A DNA stretch of 64,000 nt, from the NCBI GenBank assembly GCA_030141605.1, contig JAQGDQ010000031.1:682001-746000 (forward strand), read 5' to 3'. Below, piece by piece: positions 1-13,723 of this stretch. The stretch comes from Tubiluchus corallicola (taxonomy: Eukaryota > Animalia > Priapulida). Position 1 is the stretch's first letter. Each line of letters begins with the position of its first letter. The position numbers and the translations under genes were made by a program. Under the pieces are notes generated by a model that saw only the letters and a program-made list of their open reading frames with translations, was not told where the DNA came from and searched no databases.

Positions 1-411
1 GGTGCTGTTAAGCTAATAGCCTCATTCTACTTTAACAATCTCTCTAAGCTTTAACCGCTTTAGCACAAGTAGCGTGTGTAGATTGTGGTCTGGAAGAAGA
101 ACGCAGAGCTTTTTGCGAGTGAGCGCTCTTTTCATTGAATTTGGCTAAGTCATCACGGCGGCTTCTCGCCTAATTAAGTTTTTTTACAGCCAGTTTGACT
201 AAATTTGGAGAAATATGTAAGCTTTGATTGGACAAAATTCACGTTCATAAGTCTTGTCACGCAGCTTTACAGTCAGAAGCATGTAACGAAGTTTCTTACA
301 GGAATAACAGCATCGCACAGAAGAACGCAGAATCACGAAAAGCTTTATTTATATCCTGTATAAAAGGAAGACTTGTGTTGTTTCAAAAAAATTTTAATGG
401 CCAAAATTGAT

Positions 412-1153
412 TATATCGGGTGGCACAGAAAAATGTGCCGAAGTTTAGAGTCCAATAACAGCAGAAATTAGTGTCCTGCAAAGTTGAAATTTCACAGTTT
501 GGCACTACGATACATCTATTTTTGACTGTGAAAGTTACAATTTTATCGTTTTAGTTGTATTTAAGTTATGACCAAAAACTTAAATCCGGAAAACTTAAAT
601 CACTCTGTCAGCTAATCATCAATTGAAAAACTACAACGTTGACGTATAAAGTAACACATTACATGCCAGGGAAACAATAAAGAAAGCAGTCAGTTTACAT
701 CATGGCCTTTATCACAGAAAATAAAGCACTGGTAACGATTCATTGTTAAGAAAAAGGGGACTTAATCCACTGGATTGTGGTATTTGGAATTCCCTTAAAG
801 AAGTGTACGACGGCTACACCGAATCGTATTATGCAAAAAGCATTAAAGAAGCAAGAAACTGTATCAAATGAATGAAAAATTGCCTTTCTCTAGTCTCCAG
901 TGAGAAAATGGTGGGTACATAGAGCACATGCTGTAAAATTTAATAATATTGACAAAAGTTTTTCCAAAATTTTTCACTTTTTTATTTAAAACTTCTGTGT
1001 CTCTGGAAAAATCAAGGACATGACCTAAGGTCTTTTGTGTTTATCCATGAGCGTCTGTAACGTCAGTATGGCAAGTTTCAAGCTACTGTGTTAGTTTCTT
1101 CTTATACTATCGTGATCAAAACTTCGGCACATTTTTTTGCTCCACCTGATATA
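412..1153. mobile_element. Tc1/mariner-type non-autonomous DNA transposon (internally deleted)
   Basis: ~34-bp TIRs: tatatcgggtggcacagaaaaatgtgccgaagttt (412-445) vs aaacttcggcacatttttttgctccacctgatata (1119-1153), with TA ends. An internal relic at ~761-810 reads LNPLDCGIWNSLKEV, like the SPDLNPxD..W..LK transposase motif. Confidence 0.8.
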
Positions 1154-1934
1154 AGCAATTGTCCTGCATAAAAATTATAAGACAACGTAAAACAACGATG
1201 TCCAAAGTAAAACAATGAGAAACAGCTGAGAAACGAATACGTACTTCGAACAGTGTCAGCATTTGAGAACCAATGGCGAGACATCTGAGAGCATCTTCCA
1301 CTGAATACACTTAATGTTGTAACAAGTGTTCGTTGATGCAGAGATTGCAAGGTTGACCCCAAATCAGACACTAGTAAATTGGTATAAGGACCTTACAATT
1401 TGTCAGATGTGTTAAGGTAACAAAGCTGAGGCACTAGCCCAGATGTGACCTCAAGGTTCATTCAAGGTCGAATAATCGATTTGTTAAGATAGAATATAGA
1501 ATATCAGTATACACCCATTACACGAATTTGCTCAATTGTAAAATTTGTGCTAAAAATGAAGTTTCATTGAGTTAAAATATCAGTTGTTTTACAGTTTTTG
1601 CTATGCTGCGAAACAGTGAAACTGTTTTTCGATCATTCGATATTTGCAATTCCAGCTAGACAGTTAGGACCCTTTCTAAAATCTCTGTAAGGATTTTAAT
1701 CACAAACATATTTTTCACGAAAAAACTGCTATATGAACTTTGAGATGAATCGTGCTATCACCCAACTTGGGGCTTACCAGAGACAGTTTTGCTAAAGTTT
1801 CAAATGTTGTGGCAGTGTTGGTGTTGTAAACTGATTTGCCACATCTTCGCTCAAAGAGATATATAAACCTTGGTTTATATTAAAGAATAATGAAGCTGTA
1901 AAGAACTGATGCTGAAATATTGTGAGCCATTGAG

Positions 1935-2003
1935 TACATCGGGGATTGAACCCGAGACCAGTGGATTACGCCTGCTCGCTCTAAGCACCTGAGATATGTG
2001 TCC
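1935..2003 (-). repeat. degenerate tRNA-like sequence (probable tRNA-derived SINE head or tRNA pseudogene)
   Basis: Minus strand has an A-box-like tatctcaggtgcttagagc and a B-box ggttcaatccc at tRNA spacing. Stems are imperfect. Confidence 0.5.
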
Positions 2004-3115
2004 ACACGGTCAAAGCAAGCAGACAACCAAACAGTGCACTTATCCGTTGCACGAGTGTTACCATTTAGTTAATTAATTAATCAATTAGCTGGCAATTAAC
2101 TTACGCAGTAAGATGTTTTAATGCTGGTTAATCGCAATTAACACGTGTCTTTGAATGAACTAATTGCTAGCTAATTGATTGGTGAATATCTTAGCCCAGT
2201 AACTGATAGTCTTGTGGTGTAGAGAGCAATAGTAAACGGCGATTTTCTGTGTACTAGATTACTTTCTAGTTACCGTAGCTTATGTATAGCTTAGATTATG
2301 TATAGCTATGGAGTCTTAGATTCAGCCCTTTTCACACGGTTTCATAAGCTTTTTTCCCCATTATGGATGAGTTTTTGTTTAGAAATATAACAAGAAAAAC
2401 CCTGCAGGATCATCTTGCGCATCCCTGGGAGTTATTTACGTTATTTGCAACCTCTTAGCAAAATAACGTTGGCAGAGGAGCTTTTCACCTGCATGTTTTG
2501 TAAATTGTGACACTTCTGCGTTCAAGGACCATCCAAGGGTATGGTCGCCGTCGCGTTTTTGATTATGTCCATAAGTTGATCAGACAGTTTTCGCCAAGCA
2601 TAAAGAGCTGTTTGAAAACTCGACTAATCTGCTTCTCATGCTATTCTAAGAAAGTTGAAAGGGAAAGGTAATATAGACGTGAGATGCGCTTGAGTGCTAA
2701 TGATTTATTCAATGTAACTTTACTCGGCCAGGCACCTAGCAACTGTAACATAGAAGGGTGGGAGTGAAACATGTCCAACGACTAAAAAAATGTTATGTAA
2801 TCATTATATATGAGTGAGTCTCACATAGTGCCCGTAACGAAACACACGTCTGCCAGAGTTAGGTGGGTAAAGCCAAATTACTTTTCAAATTTAAATTTTC
2901 GAAAAAGATTGGTACTGTATAAGGACTAGCTGGTCTTAGCAGTAAGTAGTTACTATACTTCATTGAGTTTCCTGGCTTAACTGGACTGCAGGCTGCCTAT
3001 CAAGTGAATATAATAAAGGGCATGCCAGGTGAACATTAGTACACTCTTAATTCTAATGCCATCAAAATCGCGCGACTAATTTTTTTACAGAATGCCATCA
3101 AATAGGGAAGTTATA

Positions 3116-3660
3116 TTAAGGAAAAGGACAAGTCACCTAGCGTGTTGGGTTTATTTTATTGATATCACTTAAACTTACAAAAATATAACAAAGAAATTTC
3201 ATGCAAAAGTTATTTATACAAAAAGCTGTATGGAAATTTTCAGCCGTTATGTTAGCCGCTATTCACTTGAAAATTATGACGTAACTGGTGGACTTTGTGA
3301 CTTTTCATAAGCGCGTCGAGGATTTCCGTTAAACAGACTTAAACTAATTCATAATTTTTGCAGCTTGCCAGGTGGTCATACACAAATACCGCAAAATTTG
3401 CCATATACTTTTTTATAAAACTTCTTATATGTTAAATCTCTTTTGATAGAAATTGAGCCGTTGAACGACGTCATTGGTGGAAAAATAGGCATCCAAAATG
3501 GGAGTCCCCAAGCGTGAAATAATGGCGATTTTAAAGTGATTTTACTAGTTACACGAGACTCTTATCGGGCTTTTATTAATAAATCTTTCTAATATTTTCT
3601 AACAATGTAGCGAACATTGAAATAAGCCTAACTTCCCAAAAGGCTGGACCTTTCCTTTAA
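3116..3660. mobile_element. possible TTAA-flanked MITE (Kolobok/piggyBac-like)
   Basis: TTAA|GGAAAAGGACAAG ... CTGGACCTTTCCT|TTAA; imperfect TIR (9/13). Confidence 0.35.
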
Positions 3661-3763
3661 TTACAATAAAATGCGTTCTAGGATGTCTATTTTAATTTTC
3701 AACAGTTACTAAAGATAGTTACTAAATTTTCAACAGATATTAAAGAGCTAACAAGTCATAACA

Positions 3764-4088
3764 GTTAAGAGCAAAACCGGACACAATCTTAAACTCTAGG
3801 TCAAAACAATCTACTCTCTAAAATATTGAAAGGAAACATACTATTTTTTCAAAAATGACTTATGTGAAAAAATTATTACCACGCAAACACAATTTCACGT
3901 TCGCGCCACTAGTTCTTCGCTGTTACATGCATTTCGCCATTCGCTAGTTAGGCGGGCCCTAGCGCCTGCATTTTGGAAATGCATTGCACAAAAAACAGGT
4001 GCTGTACCTCTCGGTTCAGATGTGCGTTTGTGACGAACTACACACGTTCGACAGCTCATGCATGAGCACAGCAGTTAATTTGAAATTT
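3764..4088 (+). repeat. dispersed repeat, copy 1 (inverted copy at 42360-42685)
   Basis: ~320 bp alignable by eye to the reverse complement of 42360-42685, e.g. aaaatattgaaaggaaacatactattttt and ttcgcgccactagttcttcgctgttacat. Confidence 0.85.
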
Positions 4089-5222
4089 GAATTTTTATCA
4101 GTAAGTGTTGAAATGGGTATAAAATTGATTTATTCCTTCTAAATTATTTTCGAGACTACTGCTAAAGCCATCTCTTTGAGTTTCAGTATATTATGCACGA
4201 AGACATGTTTCTTTTAAGTTTCACTTTCGGCCAGTCTTATGATTTTTTTAATAGATTAGTTTTCTTCATAACTATTAATTGAATAACTAATAACTTCATA
4301 ACTGTACCAAATAGAACTTATTGCGTTTATTAAATATGAACCAACTGCATGTACTTATAGGAATTTTCAGTTTATAAACTTTTTCTGACAATCTCTTATT
4401 TAGTGAAATTTAGCTTCCGTTTTGCGGCTTAGCACACTTTTATCATCTAGAATTTAATTAGTTTGGCATTTTCGCTCAAACCGCGCAATATCACAGCTTG
4501 GAATTGTGACTTTAAATTAATGTTGACCGTGAAAATTTATTTTCATAAACCGAAATATCAGGCATTTATTATGTTAATTCGCACCACTGTGTAAAGAAAT
4601 GATAATTTTGCAGCAATGCCAAAATTTAATGTAGATGCATTTCATTAAAATGTTTAGTAGTACATTTCCCGTCTTCAGCGCTGCCTGGACAGGAGACATA
4701 ATGCTGTAATTTTCTATGACTAATATTTTTGGATCAAACTTTTTCACGATTTTAGAGAGGGTCCTAATTGTGTAAACTGAAATAATCTCCCGTACTACGG
4801 ACGACCTAGTCCCAAGGGGGCGAATCAAGACTTTATGACACCATATTTTTCTCCCGCCCATCTTTATTGTGAATTTATTATTGTTGGTGTAATTACTTGT
4901 GGTGTATTAGAAATATTATTAACCTAGTTTCTACGTAGTCATTATTAATTACATGTATTTGCATAGCGCTTATATTCAAATAGACTGTACAACTGCTTGT
5001 TGTGAAATATCTCTGCACCTGTTCATTATGTGGCAGTTATATAGAAGATGTTCTAGTAACTGCCTGTGGTGTGTTATAAAATGTGGCCTTTATATGAATG
5101 TGAAAGTACGCGCATTTTCCGAGGAAAATATATTTTTTTCTAAAATGTGACACCTCTCAAACTTTGGCGCCCTAGGCTATAGCCAAGTTAGCCTGTTGGT
5201 TAATACGCCCCTGCCTAGTCCA

Positions 5223-5329
5223 ATGCGAAAGGAATTCTAAAAGAGTTACTGAGTCATTCAACATTTTCCCGACTATGCGAAAAGAATTCTAAAAGAGTTA
5301 CTGAGTCATTCAACATTTTCCCGACTATG
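5223..5329. repeat. 52-bp tandem duplication
   Basis: atgcgaaa(g/a)gaattctaaaagagttactgagtcattcaacattttcccgact occurs twice (5223, 5275), near-identical. Confidence 0.9.
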
Positions 5330-6190
5330 TAATTATCGATATTGAAAAATTACCGCTGAGCTTATGTAGTATTATACACGTACATACGTCGCGTGTAGTT
5401 CTTACCACATTGTTATAGCAAAGACTTAACATGGGTTTTTCCTTCTTTATGCAAAGGTAAAGCGATTAAAACGGTTTTTTGAATCATTTTCCTCTGACGG
5501 TGTTTTATAGTAGTGTGACGTAAAAGTCTACAAAATCGCTAGAAATGGACTTATTCGATGTTCTTAGTGACAGGCCGTCCCAACAAATAGTTTCGTGATT
5601 GAAAAAGTGCTTTTGTGTTGAATATTTTTTTAAATATCTTCGCGCTCTATAGTGCAACTTCAAACAGAAAGTACTTGGTTTATTACTGGTTATTATTTTC
5701 ACACGAAAAGTAATTGCTCTTTACAGGCTGGCTTCCAAATTGTTAGCATGATTTGGAACCTTTAAGATTGCCTGCATAAGTTTGTTATGTTGTTATTAAG
5801 GATGCTTGTATAATAGACAGTTCAGGCTAGATTTTAACACTTTACAATGAATTATAAAAGTGCACAAGCTGCTATTATTGCACGTAATTAGCTGTCTTCA
5901 ACAGGATGTCTTTGATCTTAGTTTGTAGTAAACGTAGTGCTGCCATGGGCAAGTATTGAACATATTTATCGATTTTTAGTCAATAATAACTGCGCGTTTA
6001 TGTAGATGATTGTTATCTACTCCTGTACACGACAGGGGTCACTTAAAGTCAACCCACTATACTGTTTATTTATGTGGTGTAATGCTTTGATGGTACTATT
6101 GCCACTGGTCTACTACTACAGCTATAGGCGTTTTTCTTGCTATTGTCACCATTTTCACCATTGCTGCTGCCACCATGTAGTGGTCGTAGT

Positions 6191-6560
6191 CAGGACCCGA
6201 TTGTGACCTTTTGGGCCCCTAGGTTAATGAAATTATGGGCCTCTTCACACGGATCCACCCTTTAACTCACACGCACCCGTCTTGAATAGTTTATACTTGA
6301 GATATATTTTAGCGACATTTACACAGCATGAAGTAATATCATTGAAAATTCTTAAAATAAACTAAAATAGCTATCTTTTGTTTGTCAGTAAAAATATTCC
6401 TTAAAAATACCACTATTTTACTATTTATTACAAACCAAATTAGCACGTTCTAACACAACCGTAGTGAAAAAAACTGATGTTGTTACCAAATGTTACCAAA
6501 GCTTGATGGCCCCAAGTTTTAAGGGCCCTAGACTGCAGCCTACAGGATAATCCGGCCCTG
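6191..6560. mobile_element. hAT-like MITE
   Basis: Termini caggacccgatt ... aatccggccctg with subterminal gggcccctag motifs. Degenerate 8-bp flanks gtcgtagt/gtggtcgt. Confidence 0.5.
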
Positions 6561-7006
6561 GTGGTCGTTTATTTACACAACGGATAAAATTTAACAGTTT
6601 TTCATTTTATCAATATATTACGTCAGTTCGTTACTATATTAGTAAGAGCTTTAATTTCAGCCTTAGTGAGTAATTATTTGTGAGCTCTTTACTTCATTTT
6701 GTCAACTTTTAAGAGCTCTGAAAACGAGAGACGTTAGCGAAAAAAGTTAAGAAGGTCTTGTCAAGCTAAAATTGGCAGATATGCACTTATTAAGTGACGG
6801 TTATTACGTTAATTAAAACAATGAAATATAGAACAACCTATTTTTTCGCCCAATGTAATTACAAGCTAATTCTGGAAAAGAGAATTATTGAAGTTGAGAG
6901 GTTGAATTAACAGTTTACCAGAGTACGAGACTGGTTGAGTGAGTGAGTGAGTGAGTGAATCAGAGTAACAAAACGGCAATTAGTTTGTGTGAAAGAGAGG
7001 AAGACA

Positions 7007-7026
7007 GTGTGCGCGTGCGTGCGTGC

Positions 7027-7071
<45 letters not shown>
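7007..7071. repeat. compound microsatellite (GCGT)n(GT)n(GA)n
   Basis: Directly visible. Confidence 0.95.
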
Positions 7072-7072
<1 letters not shown>

Positions 7073-8760
7073 AAGGTGATCGCAGAGACGACAGAGAGTC
7101 GGCAGAAAGGGGGACAAGGAAACAGAAAGAGAGGGAGAAAGAGAAACGAGGGAAGAGAAACAGATAAAAGAAAACTTTGCTCCTAACAAAAGGGCACTAT
7201 TGTTTGCCTAATTTTTGTAAATACCCCTATAAGCACATCCCCTTTATTACTGACACGCTGTTATGAATTCAGCTGTTTCAGAGACATGAACGATTAATTA
7301 CGAAAAAAGTGTTTTCCAGATTAGGAGAAAACTTGTGTAGAGCACGTTCCACGAATGCAGTAGCTCTTCTTTACATACTTCGGCTCGCTTCTAAGCCGTT
7401 ATTCTCATTTTTAGAATAATTAGTCTTTTCTCGAGAGTAGTAATTTGCAGAAATCCATTTTTCCCATTCTACATAATAAACACGATCTCTACGATCACCC
7501 TTATAATAAGACCATAATATTTATAATAGTTATGCTATAAGAAAAGACTACAATTGTCTTAGTGTCCTATTATGACTACACATTTATGAAGTTTCGTAAA
7601 CATAACACTAATAATGTCCCATAAAGAGTACAATATTCATTAAGTTTCATAAAGACTGCAATATTCATAATGTCTAGTAAAGAATTCGTTATTTATGAAG
7701 TCCTGCAAAATTTTGTTTCCCATAAACCAGAGCTGCGTGGCAAATTGCTAATAATCTCATGATACATCTCATATTTTACAAGATTGTTATATTTTTGTTT
7801 ATCGCAATCTAACTTAATAACCTATATTTTCGTATCACCTTTTCCTGTAATGGTTTTCAAATTTTGTTACTTCAGTTTTCTAATTTCTAATATTTCGTAG
7901 AAACTAGAGTTGTCTTTCATAGTTTTTCATCCAGTCACAACTTATTGAAAAATGGTAAATAAGGGCGACGTGTAAAGGACTTAATAGTCATATGTTGCTC
8001 TCGCATTTTTTTGTATTTTTTGTGTTTTGTTGTTATTCTGTCTTTTCGCACGTGTGCGAAAATAAAGAATTGAAATTCGCATTCGAGACTGCAAAGTTGT
8101 CAAGAAAAATCAATATAGGTGAAACTCCTGAAACCCCTGCTTTAAAGGGAATGGTGTTTTGTGGTACAAGTCCATTTATTTTGTGAGCAGGTGCGTTTAA
8201 CTGCGAAATTTTAACAATTTCTTGAACTCTCAAACCGTCCGTGACTGTTGTTCCTTGTGCTCAGTGCTCATCATAAAATCAATGTTTCCTGTACTCTTTA
8301 TATAAACACTTTATTGAGTTTTCTAGACTTTTGATGTTTATTCATCAAGAGTTTGTGTTTTATATCCCGTAAAATCAGATTGCTTCTGCGTCTTGAGCAC
8401 AAGTTCTTCTCGCCTGGTTACTTCTCATTTGCGTTTCCAAGTTGTAGAAGATATTTGGTTGCATGACCATAATATCAGCGCATTTTTGTCACAAAGGTGA
8501 CTAAATCCTCCTCGTTTTCAGTCTTTTTTGTTTCTCCTCTTTCCGTTTTTAGATCCCGAAGATTTACTTAATAGCTAGAATGTTGTGATGGTAAACATCG
8601 ATTGTTGCTGATTAGTTGTCTAGGAATTTTAGTTTTGTTATTCGTTCAGTTTTGAGTGAATTCCCGTTTAATAACAAATGACAACATCTTTTGTTTAAAA
8701 CGCAAAAAACACTCTTCGTAAATAAAGCTTGAAAAGTTCGTTTTGAAATTTTGTATCATC

Positions 8761-9125
8761 TACACGCTGCCTTATTGTGCACAGAGCTTGTATTAGCAGC
8801 AATGCTGTATAAAACACGAAAATGTAGACTCCCGTGGTGACAGTCTGGCGCAGCCATTTTAATGGTGAATCGTTTGAAACCTTGCGTAAAGTTTAGGTAA
8901 CATTGCGTAAAATTTGAGAAAATAGTCAGAGCATTCTTACCGCACGCTTTGCTAACTAAGCAAAAGTATAAATTACTTCATCTTGTCAGTAAGATTAAAA
9001 ATACGTTTTTGGTGAGTCAGTGGTGCACATTGGGAAGGTGAGTCAGTGACATTTCAGCAGTTTGTGCAAACATTTTAAATTACTAAGAATTTTCTTTCCT
9101 AGTTATATAACTCTCAAGCAGGTAC
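8761..9125 (+). repeat. dispersed repeat; an interrupted second copy lies at 14619-14680 plus 15484-15750
   Basis: Shared blocks cagagcttgtattag..caatgctgtat, gccattttaa, ttgcgtaaa, agcaaaagta, tgtcagtaagattaa. Confidence 0.7.
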
Positions 9126-10501
9126 GCGTAATGCTAAGTAATATAAGTTTGGTTGAAAAGTTTTTTGTGACATACCGGTACTTTAAATTACCTTTTCTTC
9201 CTTTTTAATATTTCTGGTTGAATCATGTTAACGCACGAAACCAATGCTAATTTAAAATCTTAAAAATTTTGCATCTCTACTGGGACTCGAACCCAAAACT
9301 TTCTGTTTTTCGGGCAGCTATGATAAGCGACAACTTGGGAAAGCAAGGTGGTGCATAACCGTCATTGTTATTTAGAAGCCGAAACCCAACATTTACCAGC
9401 GTATCACCTGAGAATTTACTTGTAAAATGTAACAACCTGGCGCGCACGCGTACAGATAAACACGAAACATGAGACAATCTTGTTTGCTTGCTCATCATTA
9501 AACCTGATTAGATGATATTACATTTATTATTCGCGCGTATCTAATTGCTAGTTTCCCGTTTGTTTACGATTTAAGGGAAAACTGCTCATACATAATTGAG
9601 CATTAGGTAAAAAAACAGGTGAATTTTTTCTGAACCCTCGCAAACTCGTGATTATTGTCTCAATAATGTACAGTAGGGCCTTTTCTGTGTCTTATCCCCA
9701 GAACTGTATCCCTGTGCAATTATCTACAAAACGTTCTGTTTCTCTTCTGAGTAAACCACAGAGATACTATTTCTTCGCGTATCTGACGTCTCCACTACAG
9801 TAGATACTTGAAAGTACCTGTCCCTTATCTGCTACTTCAGTATTATTGTCATCGCTTTATCTTGAACTCGTGTTATAGAGTAATTTTCTTAGTCGTTGTA
9901 AGTTTCTCATGACGAGTTCTGGTAGCATCCAGAATTTCTCTGTCCATGAAAAATGCATGGTAGCAATCTCATTTAACTTCTCTGTTTTTCAATGATACCA
10001 GTCCAGTTTTTTGTCCACTAATGTCTGAAATACGTCATATATCTTGAGTGAGCAATAAATTCCCCATAACTTTCTCGACTCGAGAATTCTTTAGAGCTTT
10101 CTGTAGTAGTTTAAGAGTTGTGGGTGTTTTACGGTTTCACCAAGTCACAGAGATTTATGGAGCGCGCAGTTACTTTCCCATTGTTGTTTTTAGACTCTGG
10201 TCGAGTTTAGACTTTCGCCTGAGATGCATTTTTCTTGACGTCCTTTTCGCCTTACATGCAAAGTTGATTGTCTCCATTTTTCACATCGTTAGGACGATTG
10301 TTCGGCGTATGTTAATCATTGTGACTTCGCTCACGACTATCTTTAAAGTTGAGCAGTGCTAGTTCTAGTATGTATATGAATGGTTGCGAGGTCGATACTG
10401 CGGCTAGTCTGTTTACTATATCGGTTTGTTAATCTACGTTCAGATTTCTGTTCGTCTTAAATTGGCCATTTTTTATTTTCATTTTTCACATGTACACATG
10501 A

Positions 10502-10692
10502 ACACCCACGCAGACGCGCACGTACTTGCACCCCCACGCACACGCAGACGCGCACGTACTTTCACCCACACGCGTACACGCGGACGCGCAGCAGACGCGC
10601 ACGTACTTGCACCCACACGCACACGCAGCAGACGCGCACGTACTTGCACCCACACGCACACGCAGACGCGCACGTACTTGCACCCACACGCG
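10502..10692. repeat. GC-rich minisatellite, ~5 copies of a ~34-37-bp unit (cacccacacgcacacgcagacgcgcacgtacttg)
   Basis: Repeated gcagacgcgcacgtactt core. It explains the spurious overlapping ORFs at 10426-10770. Confidence 0.9.
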
Positions 10693-13292
10693 AACATTAT
10701 TTATTCTCTTATGCGTGATATAACTGTTTTAATGTTTTTTGTATGTGGCTTTTATGTTAAAATAACGTGATCTAATCTAATTTAATAAACACCCGTTAGT
10801 TTACTGCTTTTGAGAATTACCTGTAGTGTGTTTTACTTAGTTATTAAAGCGAGAATAACTCACTTTTAATTACAACTCTGACAAGATTCACAATAACTTG
10901 TTTGTTAAAATCTACGGTCATATAGAACCTACTTCACAACGCAAGTGGCAATTATAACCTTTCAGGATAGCATTTTATTAGTCTTCTTTCGCTAGCATTA
11001 TCGTTACTTATTTGAGATAACTTACATGCTTACAAATACGGCAAAGGCGCTTTATTTACAACGCGTTAACCAAAATGATACACATGGATGCTTTATATGC
11101 TCCTTGCTTCAACTTAATGCGTGTAATGCAATTAAAATTCTGAGCATTAAGTTGTTTACGTAATCAGAATCCGTTGTGCAAATTTGAATTGTTTATCTAT
11201 TGCCCCGCGTGCTTTTACAGAATCAGTTGAAAAGCATTTAGTCAGCCTGGCAGGTAATTTTAATGGCTTGAATAATGATTTCTGTCCTTTGCGCTGTTAT
11301 TGAAAGAAGAATGTTCAAGATTTTTGTCGAAACTTAATCCGTTTCCTGTCTACAACGGCTTGATTAAGTCTAGGGATCTGAACGGAGTAGGATTTTTGTG
11401 TTGACATCGAGAAAATGATATTGAAATAATCACATGACACTATACCATAATCTTTGGCTGTCCAGGCAAGCTTTTGGCCACTCATACATCTTTTATATTA
11501 TATGATACAGACAGTCTTTTTGACTTCAATAATGACACATTTGGTGCCGTGGTTGTGAAACATTACCTAGATGATTTCTGTGAAAAAGCAATATTTTTTA
11601 TTTACGTAAAGTTGTAAACCAAACGATACAGCTTTAATAAAACAAAACAACCTAGCGGCATTTCTGATAACTAAAAATCTACAAAAACATGCTAAAGTAA
11701 TTATTTCAATAAGTGCTAGTTGAGATTTCATTTTTTCGCGAGAAAGCGGCAGTATATCTCAAATACAGCAAGCCTTGATGAATAATTCATTCTAAGACTA
11801 ACTTTTTTGCCACCGGTGAACCAAGTTTTAACATTTGTCAGTGATTTGCAGTGAAAAGTTCATCGACGCAAGAAGGAAGGAACGGACATGTGACTGGCAG
11901 AAAATCCTTCACATATTGCAAGGACAAGAACTGACTTTGCATGTATTTTGCTACAAATCTGTCTAAATGTTTCTTCAAGCGTAAATTTTTGTGTTACGAG
12001 GTTTTTTTTATTAGCATCCGCCAATGATGTCAGTAATAAAATTTGACGTCATTATAGGTCTTTTGATCGGTTATTTATATTAAAAGCGACCATAAATCGG
12101 CTGTTGAACCGAATTTTTGCTGGTTGGTCACAAATGACAAGCGTCTGTGAGGTGTTTCACTGTCTAACTATGGTTAAATGACAGACTGGATGACTGAGTG
12201 ACTGACTGGCTGAGCCGGTAAACTAACTGAGGTATAGTCTCTCAGGCACTCACTTGAGTGACTGAAACTTTTGAACAAATACGTATACTCGAGACATGCT
12301 AAAGGGTTGACTTGTCATAAGACGCTAAATAGTTTTTAGTTGAACAAACTTAAGAATCATGGAAAGAGGAAAATTCTAAATAAAAAATAATTGCAATTAG
12401 CTTGCAAAAGAAGAGTTTAGACATTAAAATTTATCCAAATTGTTTCTTGTAATATTTCGCAATATTAAATGTTTTGCGTCGGATTCCTCTTTTTTCGTAT
12501 TTATTTTCTAATGTGAGATTGATTACTTGGAATTTTTTGAATAAATGTATAGTAATTAATCTTTGAGTAATTATATCATAAGTAAGTCCGTTTCTTATTT
12601 CCAAAAATCCAACGACGCTAAAGTGTTTTTTCGTGTGTTCTAGAATAAGTTATTAAATTTTTGGGGGAATCTGATTTAAAACTCTTACCTGAGTAACACA
12701 CATGCTTTTATCCTGGTAAATTTTAATACAATAGTCTCAGGGTTACCACAGTTAAACGCACACCACGTTCAAACACACCGTGCGGTGTAGAAGTAAGCTT
12801 CAGTATTGAAGCCAGACGAGACAGGTCAGTGCGTTTCCACCCATGCGTCTGCATGTGACGTGTCACGCAGGTCAGATAGATCTCACTCGTGTGCGTGCGT
12901 GCGTGCGTGCGTGTGTGTGTGTGTGTGTGACGTGCCACTTGCTAACGTCAGGTGGAGCTAACGTAACGTCATGTACATCGGGCTAATTAGGGTACAGGTA
13001 TAATTAGAAATTAAATCGTATGCTGCAAATATTAAACACAAAAATTACGGAGATGATTGTAATGAATTTTCTTTTAATTGTTTGTTTGTTTGATTGATCA
13101 GTGGTTCGATCGGTTGTTTGGTTGTTTGTTTTGTTTGTATGCTTTTTTTACTTTCTGTTCATTGTTAAGTTTAATAGCTATAGTGAGCCATGCCATTCAG
13201 TCACTCAATTACTGTACTGTCAATTAGTCACCCAGTCATTTAGTCACTTAATCAGTCAGTCAGTCGTTCATTCAATTCGTTATTACTAAATA

Positions 13293-13723
13293 TTGTTGTC
13301 ATCCTTCTGTCTCGGAAGACAATGGAGTGTGCGCCAAGAGAGTCAGTTATTGATCAAATTGATGGAGCCGCAGCGTCGACTGTGGCTGAGCAGTCCGATC
13401 CTTGATCCACTGGAGTGGCCTCTCCAGAGCGCACGCCTGGGCAAGGTGTATGGAGATCCTGAGTTGCCCAGACAACAGGAACCCCCTCTCTTCCTTCCTG
13501 GTGTAGTTCAAAGGAAACCGGAGCGATACGTTTGGCACCAGGTTGGCTGCAGGAGCTGCCGGAGTCAGTGAGCATGCTGCACTGGTCCGCCTTCGGGGAT
13601 CCACTCCTGATTTGGAAGGTTTACTCCTCTACACATGGCCGTTGGGTCACTTGACCTCCCCGCCCTCTAGCCGTTGGCTGCTTGTACAGCTCCTCCGCCT
13701 AGTGTCGAGATACAGTCACTGTG
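13293..13723 (-). mobile_element. RTE-LINE-derived short non-autonomous retroelement (bipartite 5'/3' RTE SINE-like)
   Basis: GC-rich 431-bp island with a perfect 10-bp TSD ttactaaata (13283-13292, 13724-13733). The minus strand encodes SRIGLLSHSRRC (RTE ORF C-terminal motif), then an RTE-like 3' tail ccattgtcttccgagacagaaggatgacaacaa. Confidence 0.8.

Noticed and set aside
1808-1843. Hairpin containing the miR-34 seed (tggcagtg)
   Set aside because: Only ~36 nt, too short for a pre-miRNA, and the rest does not match miR-34.
1935-2003. Functional tRNA gene
   Set aside because: A-box and stems are mismatched; more likely a SINE head or pseudogene.
10426-10770. Overlapping 65-114 aa ORFs, or a CRISPR-like array
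   Set aside because: A tandem minisatellite with no unique spacers; the ORFs come from the stop-free repeat.
13655-13705. Possible twister ribozyme (gctg-tacaag-cagc ... gaggg on the minus strand)
   Set aside because: I could not build the P1/P2 stems or pseudoknot pairings by eye; left for a covariance search.
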